This document shows positions 46,346 through 55,519 of a DNA stretch of 64,000 bases, piece by piece. The number at the start of each line of letters is the position of its first letter. The stretch's first letter is position 1. This stretch comes from Candidatus Multivoradales bacterium. Its GTDB lineage: Bacteria > Acidobacteriota > Thermoanaerobaculia > Multivoradales > Multivoraceae. The notes beneath the pieces were generated by a model, which was given only the letters and a program-made list of their open reading frames with translations, was not told the DNA's origin and searched no databases. The stretch covers positions 1,408,001-1,472,000 of the forward strand of contig CBDCWI010000002.1 of the NCBI GenBank assembly GCA_965223325.1. Direction: 5' to 3'. Made by a program: the position numbers and the translations under genes.

Positions 46346-48211
46346 CTAGAGCGCGCTCCGTACCCAGATGGGCGACGACCAGGCGCGCTCCTTGATCGTC
46401 GTCGGAAGATCGAGGCGCGGGGCGGTCCCGGCGCGCACCGCATCCCAGGTCGACCAGCGGCAGGTCGGGTTCTCGAGCACCCGCAGGTAGTAGGTCGCAC
46501 GTTGACCTTGTACCCAGCTCTCGTCGCCCCAGACCACCCGCAGCTCGTCGGCGCCCGCGCCACTGATGGCGCAGGTCGAGGTATCGACCATCGCACCGTT
46601 GTCGGGACAACGGTGGGTTGAAGGATCGGGCGCGGCTCCGCCCGAACATGCGATATCGATGACCGCTTCCTGGGTGCGGCCGTCTTCGACCCACACCTTG
46701 ATCATCTGCAACCGATCGAGGTCGGTTCCCGCCGGGTCTTTGATCGCCCAGGCCAGAAAGCTCGGCGCTTCTCCATCGGCCACCACCAGGTCACCGCCCA
46801 TGGCGACACCCTGGGCGTAGGCCACATCGATTGCATCAGCGCGACCGGCGAGGTCGCGCGCAAGGTCGACGCCACCAAACAGCCTGATGCGGAGGCGCGG
46901 CCCACTGGTGCCAAACGTCTCCTTGCGGCGCAGGGCCTGGTAGATCGAGGCGCGCGTGTTCTCCTCGGCCCAGACCCCGGCCAAGCCTGAGGCACCCCAG
47001 AAGCGATAGTAGGTCTCGGAGTAGAAGTCGGCACCGTCAGGACCCTTGATCGGTACGGAACCCCGCAGAACGCCGGTTGAGTCCAAGGTCCCGACCTTGC
47101 TCCAGAACCGATCTTCCTCAACCGAACCGGCGCTGTTGTGACCATCGGTCGCTGCAACGACGCCAAAGCGGTAGGGGTTCCAACCCTGGGTTTCTTCGAG
47201 CGACAGGCCATTGCCCCACGCCTCGCGAACGTAGCTGCCCTGCGGCCGGCTCTTCTCCCAGCGCGCGATCTTGTAGGGAAAGATCTCGAAACTCGCCCAC
47301 TCGTCGTTCGGCGACAGGAAGGGGTGGGTCTCGGATGTTCCTTTGACCTGAGAGATCTCGACCAGCGGTTCATTGCGCATGCGCTGCTCGGCGTAGTCGG
47401 CGTCGAGGGGCTCGCCCTCGAAGGTGTCGAGGGCAAACATCAGACCGTTCGAGGCGTTGGAGTTGTGCGGAATGGCGAGCAGCTCGTAGCCGGCTTGCCG
47501 CTGGGTGTCCATCCAGTCCCAGAGATCTTCGGGGTTGAGCGAGTCGTTTCGGCTGAAGGGGATCGCCGGCGAGGCCTGGTCTTCAAAGACCACGTTGCGG
47601 TGCAGGTTGCCGCCGAAGCTCGAGGTGTACTCGAAGGCCGAAAAGGTCGTGAACACACCCGGATTGTTGTACTTCTCCGCCGCCGCGATCACCTTCTCCC
47701 AAGTCGATCGCAAGACCTCACGATCGAGATTCTCGGCCAGGTACTGGCCACCGCCGTAGAACACGGCCCGCTTCTCCGTCACCGTCTCGGCTGTTGTCAT
47801 CTCGGCCGCCCGCTCGAGCGACGCCAACCGATGGCCTGGAGTCGACATCGCCTCCATCATCCCGAGGAAGTTGGCGTGATCGGTCACCGCATAGAAGTCG
47901 AGTGGTCGATCCATCTGGATCCTGAAACCCGAGGCATGATCGATCGCCTCTCCGAGCGCAAACCGGTAGGCGTCTTCTGGAGACTCGCGGGTACCAAAGA
48001 TGAAGGCATCGAAGGAGTAGCGCGTGTGGACGTGCAGGTCACCAAAGAGCGCTCGCCTCGAGCTTGCGGTTTCGGCGGCCGGAAGCGAGGACAAAGGAGC
48101 GCTGGCGGCGGACGATGCCGGCACCGAGTCTTCGGTTTCAGGAGCGCCGCAGCCACCAAGCGAAACAACGAGCAGGGCGACTGCGATCGAACAAGCGTTG
48201 TTGGGAAACAT
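46346..48211 (-). CDS. DUF3604 (PHP-like) lipoprotein
   Basis: Lipobox LGGC; FGDLHVHT.YSFDA, TDHA, NLHRNV, IPHNSNASNG, QVKGTSE, ERAWSSPIW. Confidence 0.88.
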   Translation of the reverse strand: MFPNNACSIAVALLVVSLGGCGAPETEDSVPASSAASAPLSSLPAAETASSRRALFGDLHVHTRYSFDAFIFGTRESPEDAYRFALGEAIDHASGFRIQMDRPLDFYAVTDHANFLGMMEAMSTPGHRLASLERAAEMTTAETVTEKRAVFYGGGQYLAENLDREVLRSTWEKVIAAAEKYNNPGVFTTFSAFEYTSSFGGNLHRNVVFEDQASPAIPFSRNDSLNPEDLWDWMDTQRQAGYELLAIPHNSNASNGLMFALDTFEGEPLDADYAEQRMRNEPLVEISQVKGTSETHPFLSPNDEWASFEIFPYKIARWEKSRPQGSYVREAWGNGLSLEETQGWNPYRFGVVAATDGHNSAGSVEEDRFWSKVGTLDSTGVLRGSVPIKGPDGADFYSETYYRFWGASGLAGVWAEENTRASIYQALRRKETFGTSGPRLRIRLFGGVDLARDLAGRADAIDVAYAQGVAMGGDLVVADGEAPSFLAWAIKDPAGTDLDRLQMIKVWVEDGRTQEAVIDIACSGGAAPDPSTHRCPDNGAMVDTSTCAISGAGADELRVVWGDESWVQGQRATYYLRVLENPTCRWSTWDAVRAGTAPRLDLPTTIKERAWSSPIWVRSAL

Positions 48212-48247
48212 CGCTCCAGTGTACGGCACCCGCAGGGACCCCAACCT

Positions 48248-49039
48248 TCAGTCGGCGTAACCCTCGCGCACCCGGTCCCAGGCGTCGGACTGGTCGCGGC
48301 ACCACGCCGCCAGCACTGCCAGGTCCCAACCCACGCAGAAGTGCCTGACGCCGAGATCGAGAAAGGGCCTGGTCTCTTCGACCGTCGCCACCTCGACGCG
48401 CGGATGAACTAGGGCCTTGGCGATCACCTCGCGCTCGACGGCCGACACGGCAGGCGTGCGCGCCGCTTCGGGCTTGCCGATCGAGATCGAGTAGTCCACC
48501 GGCCCGAACTGCACCATCTCGACACCGCCGACTTCGAGAATCTCGTCGAGGTTCGAAACGGCGGCACTCTTCTCGATCATCAAAGCGACAACAACCTCAT
48601 TCATCGCCTCGACCCACGAGACCGCATTGCCATACGTACCGTAGCCAACGTTGCGGCGCGAACCGTAGCCGTGCCGGCCGCCCGCCTCTGGAGTCTCGGG
48701 CCGTACCAGGGCCACACACTCGCGCGCATCGTCTGCCGTGCGAACGTCGGTGAACAAGACGTTCTGAATCCCGGCATCGACCGCCCGCGTGGCAATGAAG
48801 CCGCGCGTCTGCTCCTCGACTTTCATCATGCCGGCGAGGTCGGGGAAGAGCTCGATCGCCCGTCCGATGTTGTCGAGTGTTTCGAGGCTGAACGACGAGT
48901 ACTCGCCAACGTACTCGACGTAGTCGAAACGTCCACTGCGACCGATGACCTCGACCATTCCCGGCCAGGGCGTGAGGATGTGCGTGCCGAGGGTTGGCGC
49001 GCCACGGTCGAGCCGCTCGCGAAGAGGATTGCGACGCAT
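48248..49039 (-). CDS. HpcH/HpaI-family aldolase
   Basis: FDYVEYVGEY, LMIEK, QFGPVDYSISIG. Confidence 0.8.
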   Translation of the reverse strand: MRRNPLRERLDRGAPTLGTHILTPWPGMVEVIGRSGRFDYVEYVGEYSSFSLETLDNIGRAIELFPDLAGMMKVEEQTRGFIATRAVDAGIQNVLFTDVRTADDARECVALVRPETPEAGGRHGYGSRRNVGYGTYGNAVSWVEAMNEVVVALMIEKSAAVSNLDEILEVGGVEMVQFGPVDYSISIGKPEAARTPAVSAVEREVIAKALVHPRVEVATVEETRPFLDLGVRHFCVGWDLAVLAAWCRDQSDAWDRVREGYAD

Positions 49040-49150
49040 CGAGACAGACTCCTTGTTGAGAATCGGAACCGGCGGCACTGTACATTGAAACATCGAAGAC
49101 CCGGCTCGCGAGCTCAATCCACCAACTCAGAGTGTGTTCGAGGGGACTCC

Positions 49151-49639
49151 ATGCAAGACCTGCAAGATCTCGACATCCGTATCCGAAGACTCGAGCGGCG
49201 GCTTGCCGCCTGGCAAAGAGCCGCCGCGCTCGGCCTTGCCATCGTTTCGCTGGTTCTGATCGCCAGCTGCGCCAACCATGAGCCCAACCCGGGCCAGGGC
49301 ATTGAGACCCTGCGGGTCGGCAAGTTGGAACTCGTCGACGGTGACCGGGTGCTCGCCGAACTAGCGGTCGAAGAGGGAAGTCCGCAGCTCAGGCTCTACG
49401 ATCAGGACGGCGTCGTGCGCGCCCGCCTCTGGCACGATCAGGACCAAACCGCCCTCTTCCTCAGTGACGCCGAGGGCCACACCCGGGTGGGTGTCGCTCA
49501 GTTCGCGCACGGCGGCGGCGGCGTCGCCCTGCATGGGGAGGAATCGAGAGGCGCCGCGGTGCTCTACCTGAAAGATGAGAGTGGCAGCCTGAGCTTCATC
49601 GATGAGGAAGGGAAGGTCACCAAGCGCGTCGCGCCCTGA
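49151..49639 (+). CDS. Hypothetical membrane-anchored / lipoprotein
   Basis: Coiled N-terminus, TM ending in LIASC, beta-hairpin repeats L.L.D..G..R..L. Confidence 0.6.
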   Translation: MQDLQDLDIRIRRLERRLAAWQRAAALGLAIVSLVLIASCANHEPNPGQGIETLRVGKLELVDGDRVLAELAVEEGSPQLRLYDQDGVVRARLWHDQDQTALFLSDAEGHTRVGVAQFAHGGGGVALHGEESRGAAVLYLKDESGSLSFIDEEGKVTKRVAP

Positions 49640-49806
49640 CCGCGATCGGAGGCGAGGTGTGGTTTGCCGAAGGTAGGCCTCGCACTCTCCACGGGTTGCT
49701 CCTTGGTCGTGTTGCACTACGGTCGGAGGAATCACTCCCAGCCGTTCGGCGATCAGATCCACGCGTTTCCCCGCAGCGAGCGGGCAACGAACGAAAGGAC
49801 GATCTC

Positions 49807-50400
49807 ATGATGGACTTCCTACAGACCGTCGAGTCGAGCGGTTTCTCCATGTTCGTGAAGGAGTCCTCGACGGCATACGTCGCCGTTCTCGCCTTTCACA
49901 CCATTGGACTGGCGTTCCTGGTCGGCATTAGCGTCGGAACCTCGCTCCGCATCCTGGGAGCTGCCAAACAGGTTCCTCTGGCACCCCTGGCAGACTTCTT
50001 CCCGCTCATGTATGCCGGGTTCTGGATCAACCTGTTCACCGGTGGCGTTCTTCTCTTGCTCTACCCGACGAAGTACGTCGTCGACCCGATCATCTACATC
50101 AAGCTCGGAGCAGTCGTCCTGGCGATGCTCGCGTTGCGCAACCTACGCGCCCACGTCTTTGGTGACGGACCCGGAATGAGCACTCTCGAGGGCGCCCGCA
50201 GAGCGAAGATGTTGGCGATCGCGATGACCCTGTTCTGGCTCATCGCAACGGTTGCCGGCCGCATCACCGCGTACGACGTGTCGACCAAGATCCAGACCAC
50301 GATCGCGGTCGTCATCACCCTGGCGGCGATGCTCGGAGTCGGCTTGCTCCTCGGGCGCAGTCTGGGCTGGATCGAGCCATCAGAAGAGGGCGCAGGCTAG
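49807..50400 (+). CDS. DUF6644-like integral membrane protein
   Basis: HTIGLAFLVG, LRILG, GFWINLFTG, YIKL, AGRI. Confidence 0.65.
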   Translation: MMDFLQTVESSGFSMFVKESSTAYVAVLAFHTIGLAFLVGISVGTSLRILGAAKQVPLAPLADFFPLMYAGFWINLFTGGVLLLLYPTKYVVDPIIYIKLGAVVLAMLALRNLRAHVFGDGPGMSTLEGARRAKMLAIAMTLFWLIATVAGRITAYDVSTKIQTTIAVVITLAAMLGVGLLLGRSLGWIEPSEEGAG

Positions 50401-50442
50401 CCAGGATCGGTTGCGGTCAACACATCATCGAAAGCAGGTTCC

Positions 50443-50952
50443 ATGGACTTTCTCCCCGAAACGTTTCTCCAGATCCCGTTCGTCGAGTACCTGATCGGCA
50501 AGTACCGTTGGTTCTGGTCCTTGAACGAGGTGCTGCACTTCGTAGGGCTCATCCTGTTGGTGGGAATCGTCACCATGTTCGATCTCCGGCTCCTCGGGGT
50601 TGCCAAACGCCTGGCGATCGCACCGCTTCAAAAGCTTCTCCCCTGGGCGGTGTTCGGCTTCGTCCTCTGTACCCTGAGCGGCCTGATCTTCGTGACCGGC
50701 ATCTGGGCCAATGTGGCCGTTCATCCGATCGAAGCGGTTCAGATCGACCTCTATCTGCAGCTGAAGCTGCTCTTCATCGCGCTTGCTGGAATCAACATCC
50801 TGGTGTTTTACAAGGGCGGAGTCTCGAAGGCCGTCGAAGCCGTCGGCCCGGGCGAAGACGCCCCGCCGATGGCCAAGTTCATTGCCGCCTCATCGTTGTT
50901 CCTGTGGGTAGGAATCGTGTACTGGGGACGCCTGATTCCCTGGGGCTTGTAA
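50443..50952 (+). CDS. DUF6644-like integral membrane protein (paralogue)
   Basis: EVLHFVGL.LLVG, FDLRLLG, LKLLFI..AG.N, SLFLW, GRLI. Confidence 0.7.
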   Translation: MDFLPETFLQIPFVEYLIGKYRWFWSLNEVLHFVGLILLVGIVTMFDLRLLGVAKRLAIAPLQKLLPWAVFGFVLCTLSGLIFVTGIWANVAVHPIEAVQIDLYLQLKLLFIALAGINILVFYKGGVSKAVEAVGPGEDAPPMAKFIAASSLFLWVGIVYWGRLIPWGL

Positions 50953-50997
50953 GGCGCCCGCCAGTGCCCCCCTTCACTCCATAGAAAGGAGACCTGA

Positions 50998-51087
50998 ATG
51001 TCGAAAGCCTGGCGCAGCGTCGTGATCGTATTGGGCGCTTCCTTCTTCTTCTGCCTTCTGATCACCTACCTGACAATGTACTCCTAG
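50998..51087 (+). CDS. 29-aa single-TM small protein (not in the ORF track)
   Basis: AAAGGAGA RBS; MSKAWRSVVIVLGASFFFCLLITYLTMYS*. Confidence 0.6.
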   Translation: MSKAWRSVVIVLGASFFFCLLITYLTMYS

Positions 51088-51119
51088 GAGCCCGTGGTGC
51101 ACGGTCCTGCGAGGCTGAG

Positions 51120-52010
51120 CTAGGTGCCGATGTCCTCGCTGGTCTCGACCGCTTCCGGCGGGCGGCGGGCGGACACGTAGGCGATCCAACTGCCTTCGTT
51201 GTCGAATTCGTCGACCGGCTGGAAATCGCCGTCGCCCTCCTCGTCCTCTTCGTCCCAGCCTTCCGTATAGACCACCGGGGCTTCGAAACCGACCTCGGTG
51301 AGGATCTCCCGCAACTCGGGCAACGTCCAGTAGCGCCAGTCGTAGCGGAAGGCGTGGCGCAGCTTCTTCTTCACGCCCGCGCCGGCGTTCCTCTTGACGC
51401 GCAGGTGAATCGAACACTGCAGGCTGTGATCGACCGGGTTGAACGAGACCTGTTCCCAGGTGTACGTCAGAGCGGGCACGCGGCGCCCGTCGGGGTCGAC
51501 CTTCTCGTCACGATCGGTGTCCTCCTCCAGACTCTGGAGCGACTCGGTGCCACCAAAGGTGTCGAGAAAGAACATGCCGCCCGGCACCAGGTTGTCGAAC
51601 GCTGCCTGAAAGTAGTCCCGCAAGCCGGCGCGGCCATGAAAGACGAAGAACGAGAAGTTGAAGGCACACACCACTTCGACCGGCTGGGTTGCAGGCTCGC
51701 GCACGTCGCCAAGGACGAGCTCGACCCGGTCGGCCGACGGGCCCAGCGGCGCGACCCGATGTTCGCGGCCCCAGGCGAGAGTTTCTTCATGCAGGTCGAC
51801 ACCCCAGGCTCGGTTGGTCGGCCGTCGGCCGACGAACTCCGCACAGAGAGACGCGCTCCCACAGAAGTCTTCGCGAAGGAGCTCGGGCGGCCGTCCCCAT
51901 GCGGCGGTGAAGGTCTCGTCGAGAAAGTCGACATCGGCGTCGACGTTCTGCACTGCTGACTCATAGAGCGCGTGTAGATCGACGGTGTAGGGGCCTTTGG
52001 GTTCTGTCAC
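51120..52010 (-). CDS. Class I SAM-dependent methyltransferase
   Basis: LYESAVQ, LREDFCGSA, GVDL, AFNFS, PGGMFFLD, FRYDWRYWTLPELRE. Confidence 0.8.
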   Translation of the reverse strand: MTEPKGPYTVDLHALYESAVQNVDADVDFLDETFTAAWGRPPELLREDFCGSASLCAEFVGRRPTNRAWGVDLHEETLAWGREHRVAPLGPSADRVELVLGDVREPATQPVEVVCAFNFSFFVFHGRAGLRDYFQAAFDNLVPGGMFFLDTFGGTESLQSLEEDTDRDEKVDPDGRRVPALTYTWEQVSFNPVDHSLQCSIHLRVKRNAGAGVKKKLRHAFRYDWRYWTLPELREILTEVGFEAPVVYTEGWDEEDEEGDGDFQPVDEFDNEGSWIAYVSARRPPEAVETSEDIGT

Positions 52011-52265
52011 GGTCGACTCCTGGCGGAGGGCGGCAGCGGCCGCCGGTCGTTCAAGGCGTGAGGCAATGGTCCGAGAAGCGGCCGCATCCTACCGTCCCTT
52101 CTCGTGCTCGGAAAGAAACGCAGGGGTCTTCCTGCCGAAGGCCCCCTAAGCGCCTCGCGCTATACTGCTTTCGATCCCCAAACAAGGTAAGACCTACGGA
52201 CACGTTTTGACGCACGAGCACTCGAAAACTACTCCAAACGAGCCTTGCGCTCGAGAAGGCACATC

Positions 52266-53978
52266 ATGAAGAACTCCCCCCTGCGCCATGCATCGCTCGC
52301 CGCGCTGCTCCTCTCCCTGGCAGTCTTCACCATAGCTGCCGGTGCGCCTCCGGCGAACAACGCCGCTGACGTTGCCGAAGTCACCTACGCGGGCACGGTC
52401 GTCGACGCCGAAGGAGCTGCCGTCCGCGGCGCCACGGTCTCGATCTTTGCCAACGAACGCAACCGCAGCGTGAGCGTCTATTCCGACGAGACGGGTGCCT
52501 TCGAGCTGCCGCCGCTGCCAGGTGGTTCGGGCTACGAGCTCCGCGCCCGTCTGGTTGGCTATGAAGACGCCTGGGCAGACGCCTCGCCTGACGGCGGCAA
52601 GACCACGTTCACGATGAAGCCCGCGACTGGCTGGGATCTGCAACTGCAACGTCGCGCCCACGAGCTCATCTCGTTCCTCGAGTTTCCAAACGAAGCCGAT
52701 CGTTTGAACTTCAAGATGATGTGCACCTACTGCCATCAGGTCGGAACCCTCGGTTTCCGCTCGCCGGAAGAGCCGGTCGATTGGGAAGTCATGCTGACCC
52801 GCATGGACGGTTTCCAGGGGCTCTACAAGCACACCCAGGAAAACCTGGTCGACCTCGTCGTGGGTTCCTTCGGCCGTGACGCCGAGAAGAACTGGCCCGA
52901 GTTCGTCCCGCCCGAAGCACCCAAGGGCGACGCTCTGAACGCCGTCGTGCGCGAGTGGACGATGGGCCTGCTCAACGACGCCGTCATTCACGATCTCGAA
53001 CTCGGTAACGATGGCCTCATCTACACCGTTGACATGACGGCAGACGCAATCCAGACGCTCGATCCGCGAACCCATGAGCGCCAGGTCTACAGCATCCCCG
53101 GGGGCAAGGTCTACGGCTCGGAAGACCCACCGATCAAGGGCCCACACTCGATCGAAATGGCGGCCGACGGCAACATGTGGTTGACGCTCGCGCTGTCAGG
53201 CGAGATGGCGGAGTTCGACACCAAGTCCAAGGAATGGAAGATCGGCTCGGGTCATGTGGCGCCGCGGCCGAGAGCGGGCTACCCGCACACCCTGCGCTTC
53301 GCCGCCAACGGCCAGCTGTGGTGGACGGACGCGGCGCTCGGCGTCTTCGAACTCGATCCCAAGAGCTGGGATGGCGAGCGTTGGGACGTCACCTACTACA
53401 AACTGCCGTCGGCCGACCAGGTCCGAGGCGGCGGAGCGCGCGGCGAGTCGCGTGGGGTGACCCCCTACGGCATCGACGTGGCGCCGAATGGTCACATCTT
53501 CTACTCCAAGCTCAACGGGCAGCGTGTCGGCCGCATCATTCCTGACCTCGCCGACGACGATCCCGAGAAGATCGTCGAGTGGAAGCCACCGGTCCACGGT
53601 CCGCGCCGTCTGCACGTCGCGCCGAACGGCATCGTGTGGGTTCCCGGTTGGGCGAGTGGCGATCTGGCGTCGTTCGACCCCAACACCGAGGAGTGGGCGG
53701 TCTTCGATCTACCGCACGGCCCCGACTCACTCCCCTACGCGCTCAACATCAATCCGGTCTCGGGCGACGTCTGGATCACCGGCACTGGGACCGACTCGAT
53801 GTTGCGGTTCGATGTCGAGAAGGAAACGTTCGTCGAGTACCGCATGCCGACCCGGGTGACCTATACGCGTGAAATCGAGTTCGACGCCGAAGGCAACGCT
53901 TGGACGGTCAACTCGAACGCCCCCGTTCGGCACGTCGAGAACGGCATGGGGTCGATCATTCAGATCAGCCTCCGCTGA
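52266..53978 (+). CDS. Exported carboxypeptidase-regulatory-like domain + c-type heme + Vgb-like beta-propeller protein
   Basis: Signal peptide; GTVVDAEG..V.GATV; CTYCH; GPHS, YPHTLR, PYGID, GPRRL, PYAL. Confidence 0.8.
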   Translation: MKNSPLRHASLAALLLSLAVFTIAAGAPPANNAADVAEVTYAGTVVDAEGAAVRGATVSIFANERNRSVSVYSDETGAFELPPLPGGSGYELRARLVGYEDAWADASPDGGKTTFTMKPATGWDLQLQRRAHELISFLEFPNEADRLNFKMMCTYCHQVGTLGFRSPEEPVDWEVMLTRMDGFQGLYKHTQENLVDLVVGSFGRDAEKNWPEFVPPEAPKGDALNAVVREWTMGLLNDAVIHDLELGNDGLIYTVDMTADAIQTLDPRTHERQVYSIPGGKVYGSEDPPIKGPHSIEMAADGNMWLTLALSGEMAEFDTKSKEWKIGSGHVAPRPRAGYPHTLRFAANGQLWWTDAALGVFELDPKSWDGERWDVTYYKLPSADQVRGGGARGESRGVTPYGIDVAPNGHIFYSKLNGQRVGRIIPDLADDDPEKIVEWKPPVHGPRRLHVAPNGIVWVPGWASGDLASFDPNTEEWAVFDLPHGPDSLPYALNINPVSGDVWITGTGTDSMLRFDVEKETFVEYRMPTRVTYTREIEFDAEGNAWTVNSNAPVRHVENGMGSIIQISLR

Positions 53979-54011
53979 TCCAACCGGCTTCGCCCGCTGC
54001 GATCGGCGAAC

Positions 54012-54046
54012 GAGAAAGGCCCGAGCTTCGGCTCGGGCCTTTTCTC
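54012..54046 (+). terminator. Intrinsic (possibly bidirectional) terminator with UUCG loop
   Basis: GAGAAAGGCCCGAGC-TTCG-GCTCGGGCCTTTTCTC. Confidence 0.8.
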
Positions 54047-54141
54047 ATGGCTCACTGTTGGCGCTCTCGCGCACTCGCTATCATTGCCATCTCGATTCCC
54101 CATTAGAGAACCCCCGAAGAACTGACTGAAGGCTTGATGAG

Positions 54142-55497
54142 ATGAAACTCTCTCCGGCGACACCCGTCGTCCTCGCCGCGCTCCTCTCCTCGATCGGCAG
54201 CGTTTCTCCTATGGCGGCAAACCCCAGTGCTGCTAGCCAGGAGAGCGAAGAAGGAGACGCGCTTGCTGACGCACGCGCCGAGCTGGGCGATCTCTTGTTC
54301 CGTGAGCAACTGTTTACCAACCCGGCCTCCGACTTCCAGGCCAGCTGCGCGAGCTGTCACCAGACCGCCGGCACCCAGGCGGGAAGAGCAAAGCGGGTGT
54401 GGGCCGACTACACGAGCTTCAGCATGACCGCGCAGACCGAAACCACCGCCCGCAACACGCCGACCATCAACGGTCCCTGGACGGAAGGCACCCCGCTTGG
54501 CTGGGCCGGTGGCTGGACCTCGATGGAGGAACTGGTGCGCGAGAAGCTGCTCGGTCCGATCAACGGCTGGAAGCCAGAAGATCTAGAGCGCGCGAAGTCG
54601 TCGATTCACTTCACCCTGGTCGAAGAGGGAAGCGGCGGCGGAGCTGGGCCAGACTACGTCGAACGTTTCAAGACGGCTTGGAACATCGACATCAGCAAGC
54701 TCAGCATCCCCGACACCATCGACAGCGCGGTGCGTGCACTCGCCGCCTACACCAGAGAGATCGAGTCGACCACTTCACGCTGGGACGCGTTTGCCACCCA
54801 GAACCGCCTACGCCCGGCGCCCAACCCAGGCGAAACACCGGACAACTACGCGTTCGCACTCGAAAGCAGAATCGGCAACCAGGAGGGCCGCCGGCTGATC
54901 CGACGTCCCGAAGGGATGAGCCAGGAAGCCTATGAAGGCTTCAAGACCTTCTTCCGCGTCTACGGAGAGGAGGACCAGCCGATCGGCAACTGCGTCGCCT
55001 GTCATGTCCCGCCCCGTTTTACCGACGACAGTTTCCATGTCATCGGCACCGCGGCCCTTCAGTACGAGCGCGTTCACGGCGAAGGTTCGTGGGCTGAGTA
55101 CGACGTTCCAGCCACTCCGAGTAGTGCAACGGCCCTACCCGCGACTGCGGGAGAACCGTCGCGAGCTGACCTCGGCTACTGGAACCATGCACCAGAGGCT
55201 GAGCGTGACCAGTGGCTCGGCGCCTTCAAGACACCACCGCTGCGCAATTTGAGTGGTACCGACCCCTACTTCCACGACGGCAGTCTGGAGTCGCTCGAAG
55301 AGGTAGTGAGAACCAAGATCGCCATGGCAGAGTTCGCCCGGTCTGAGGACGAGAGCGCTCAGGGCCTCGACCCTGAACTCCGCAAGATCAATCTCAGCGA
55401 CGAAGACATCGCACCGCTGGTGGCGTTCCTGCGCACGCTCGACGATGTTGGCAAAGACAACTTTCGCCACTACCTGATCCACTTCGAAGACAACTGA
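54142..55497 (+). CDS. Diheme cytochrome c peroxidase / MauG-family protein
   Basis: Signal peptide; CASCH, RNTPT, CVACH, FTDDSFH, FKTPPLRN, PYFHDG. Confidence 0.85.
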   Translation: MKLSPATPVVLAALLSSIGSVSPMAANPSAASQESEEGDALADARAELGDLLFREQLFTNPASDFQASCASCHQTAGTQAGRAKRVWADYTSFSMTAQTETTARNTPTINGPWTEGTPLGWAGGWTSMEELVREKLLGPINGWKPEDLERAKSSIHFTLVEEGSGGGAGPDYVERFKTAWNIDISKLSIPDTIDSAVRALAAYTREIESTTSRWDAFATQNRLRPAPNPGETPDNYAFALESRIGNQEGRRLIRRPEGMSQEAYEGFKTFFRVYGEEDQPIGNCVACHVPPRFTDDSFHVIGTAALQYERVHGEGSWAEYDVPATPSSATALPATAGEPSRADLGYWNHAPEAERDQWLGAFKTPPLRNLSGTDPYFHDGSLESLEEVVRTKIAMAEFARSEDESAQGLDPELRKINLSDEDIAPLVAFLRTLDDVGKDNFRHYLIHFEDN

Positions 55498-55519
55498 CTT
55501 CGGTGTCGAGGGCGCCGCT

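Noticed and set aside
48395-48430. Aldolase pseudogene (AKAL-VHPR looks a few residues short)
   Set aside because: The frame is intact and the core motifs are present; a deletion cannot be confirmed without an alignment.
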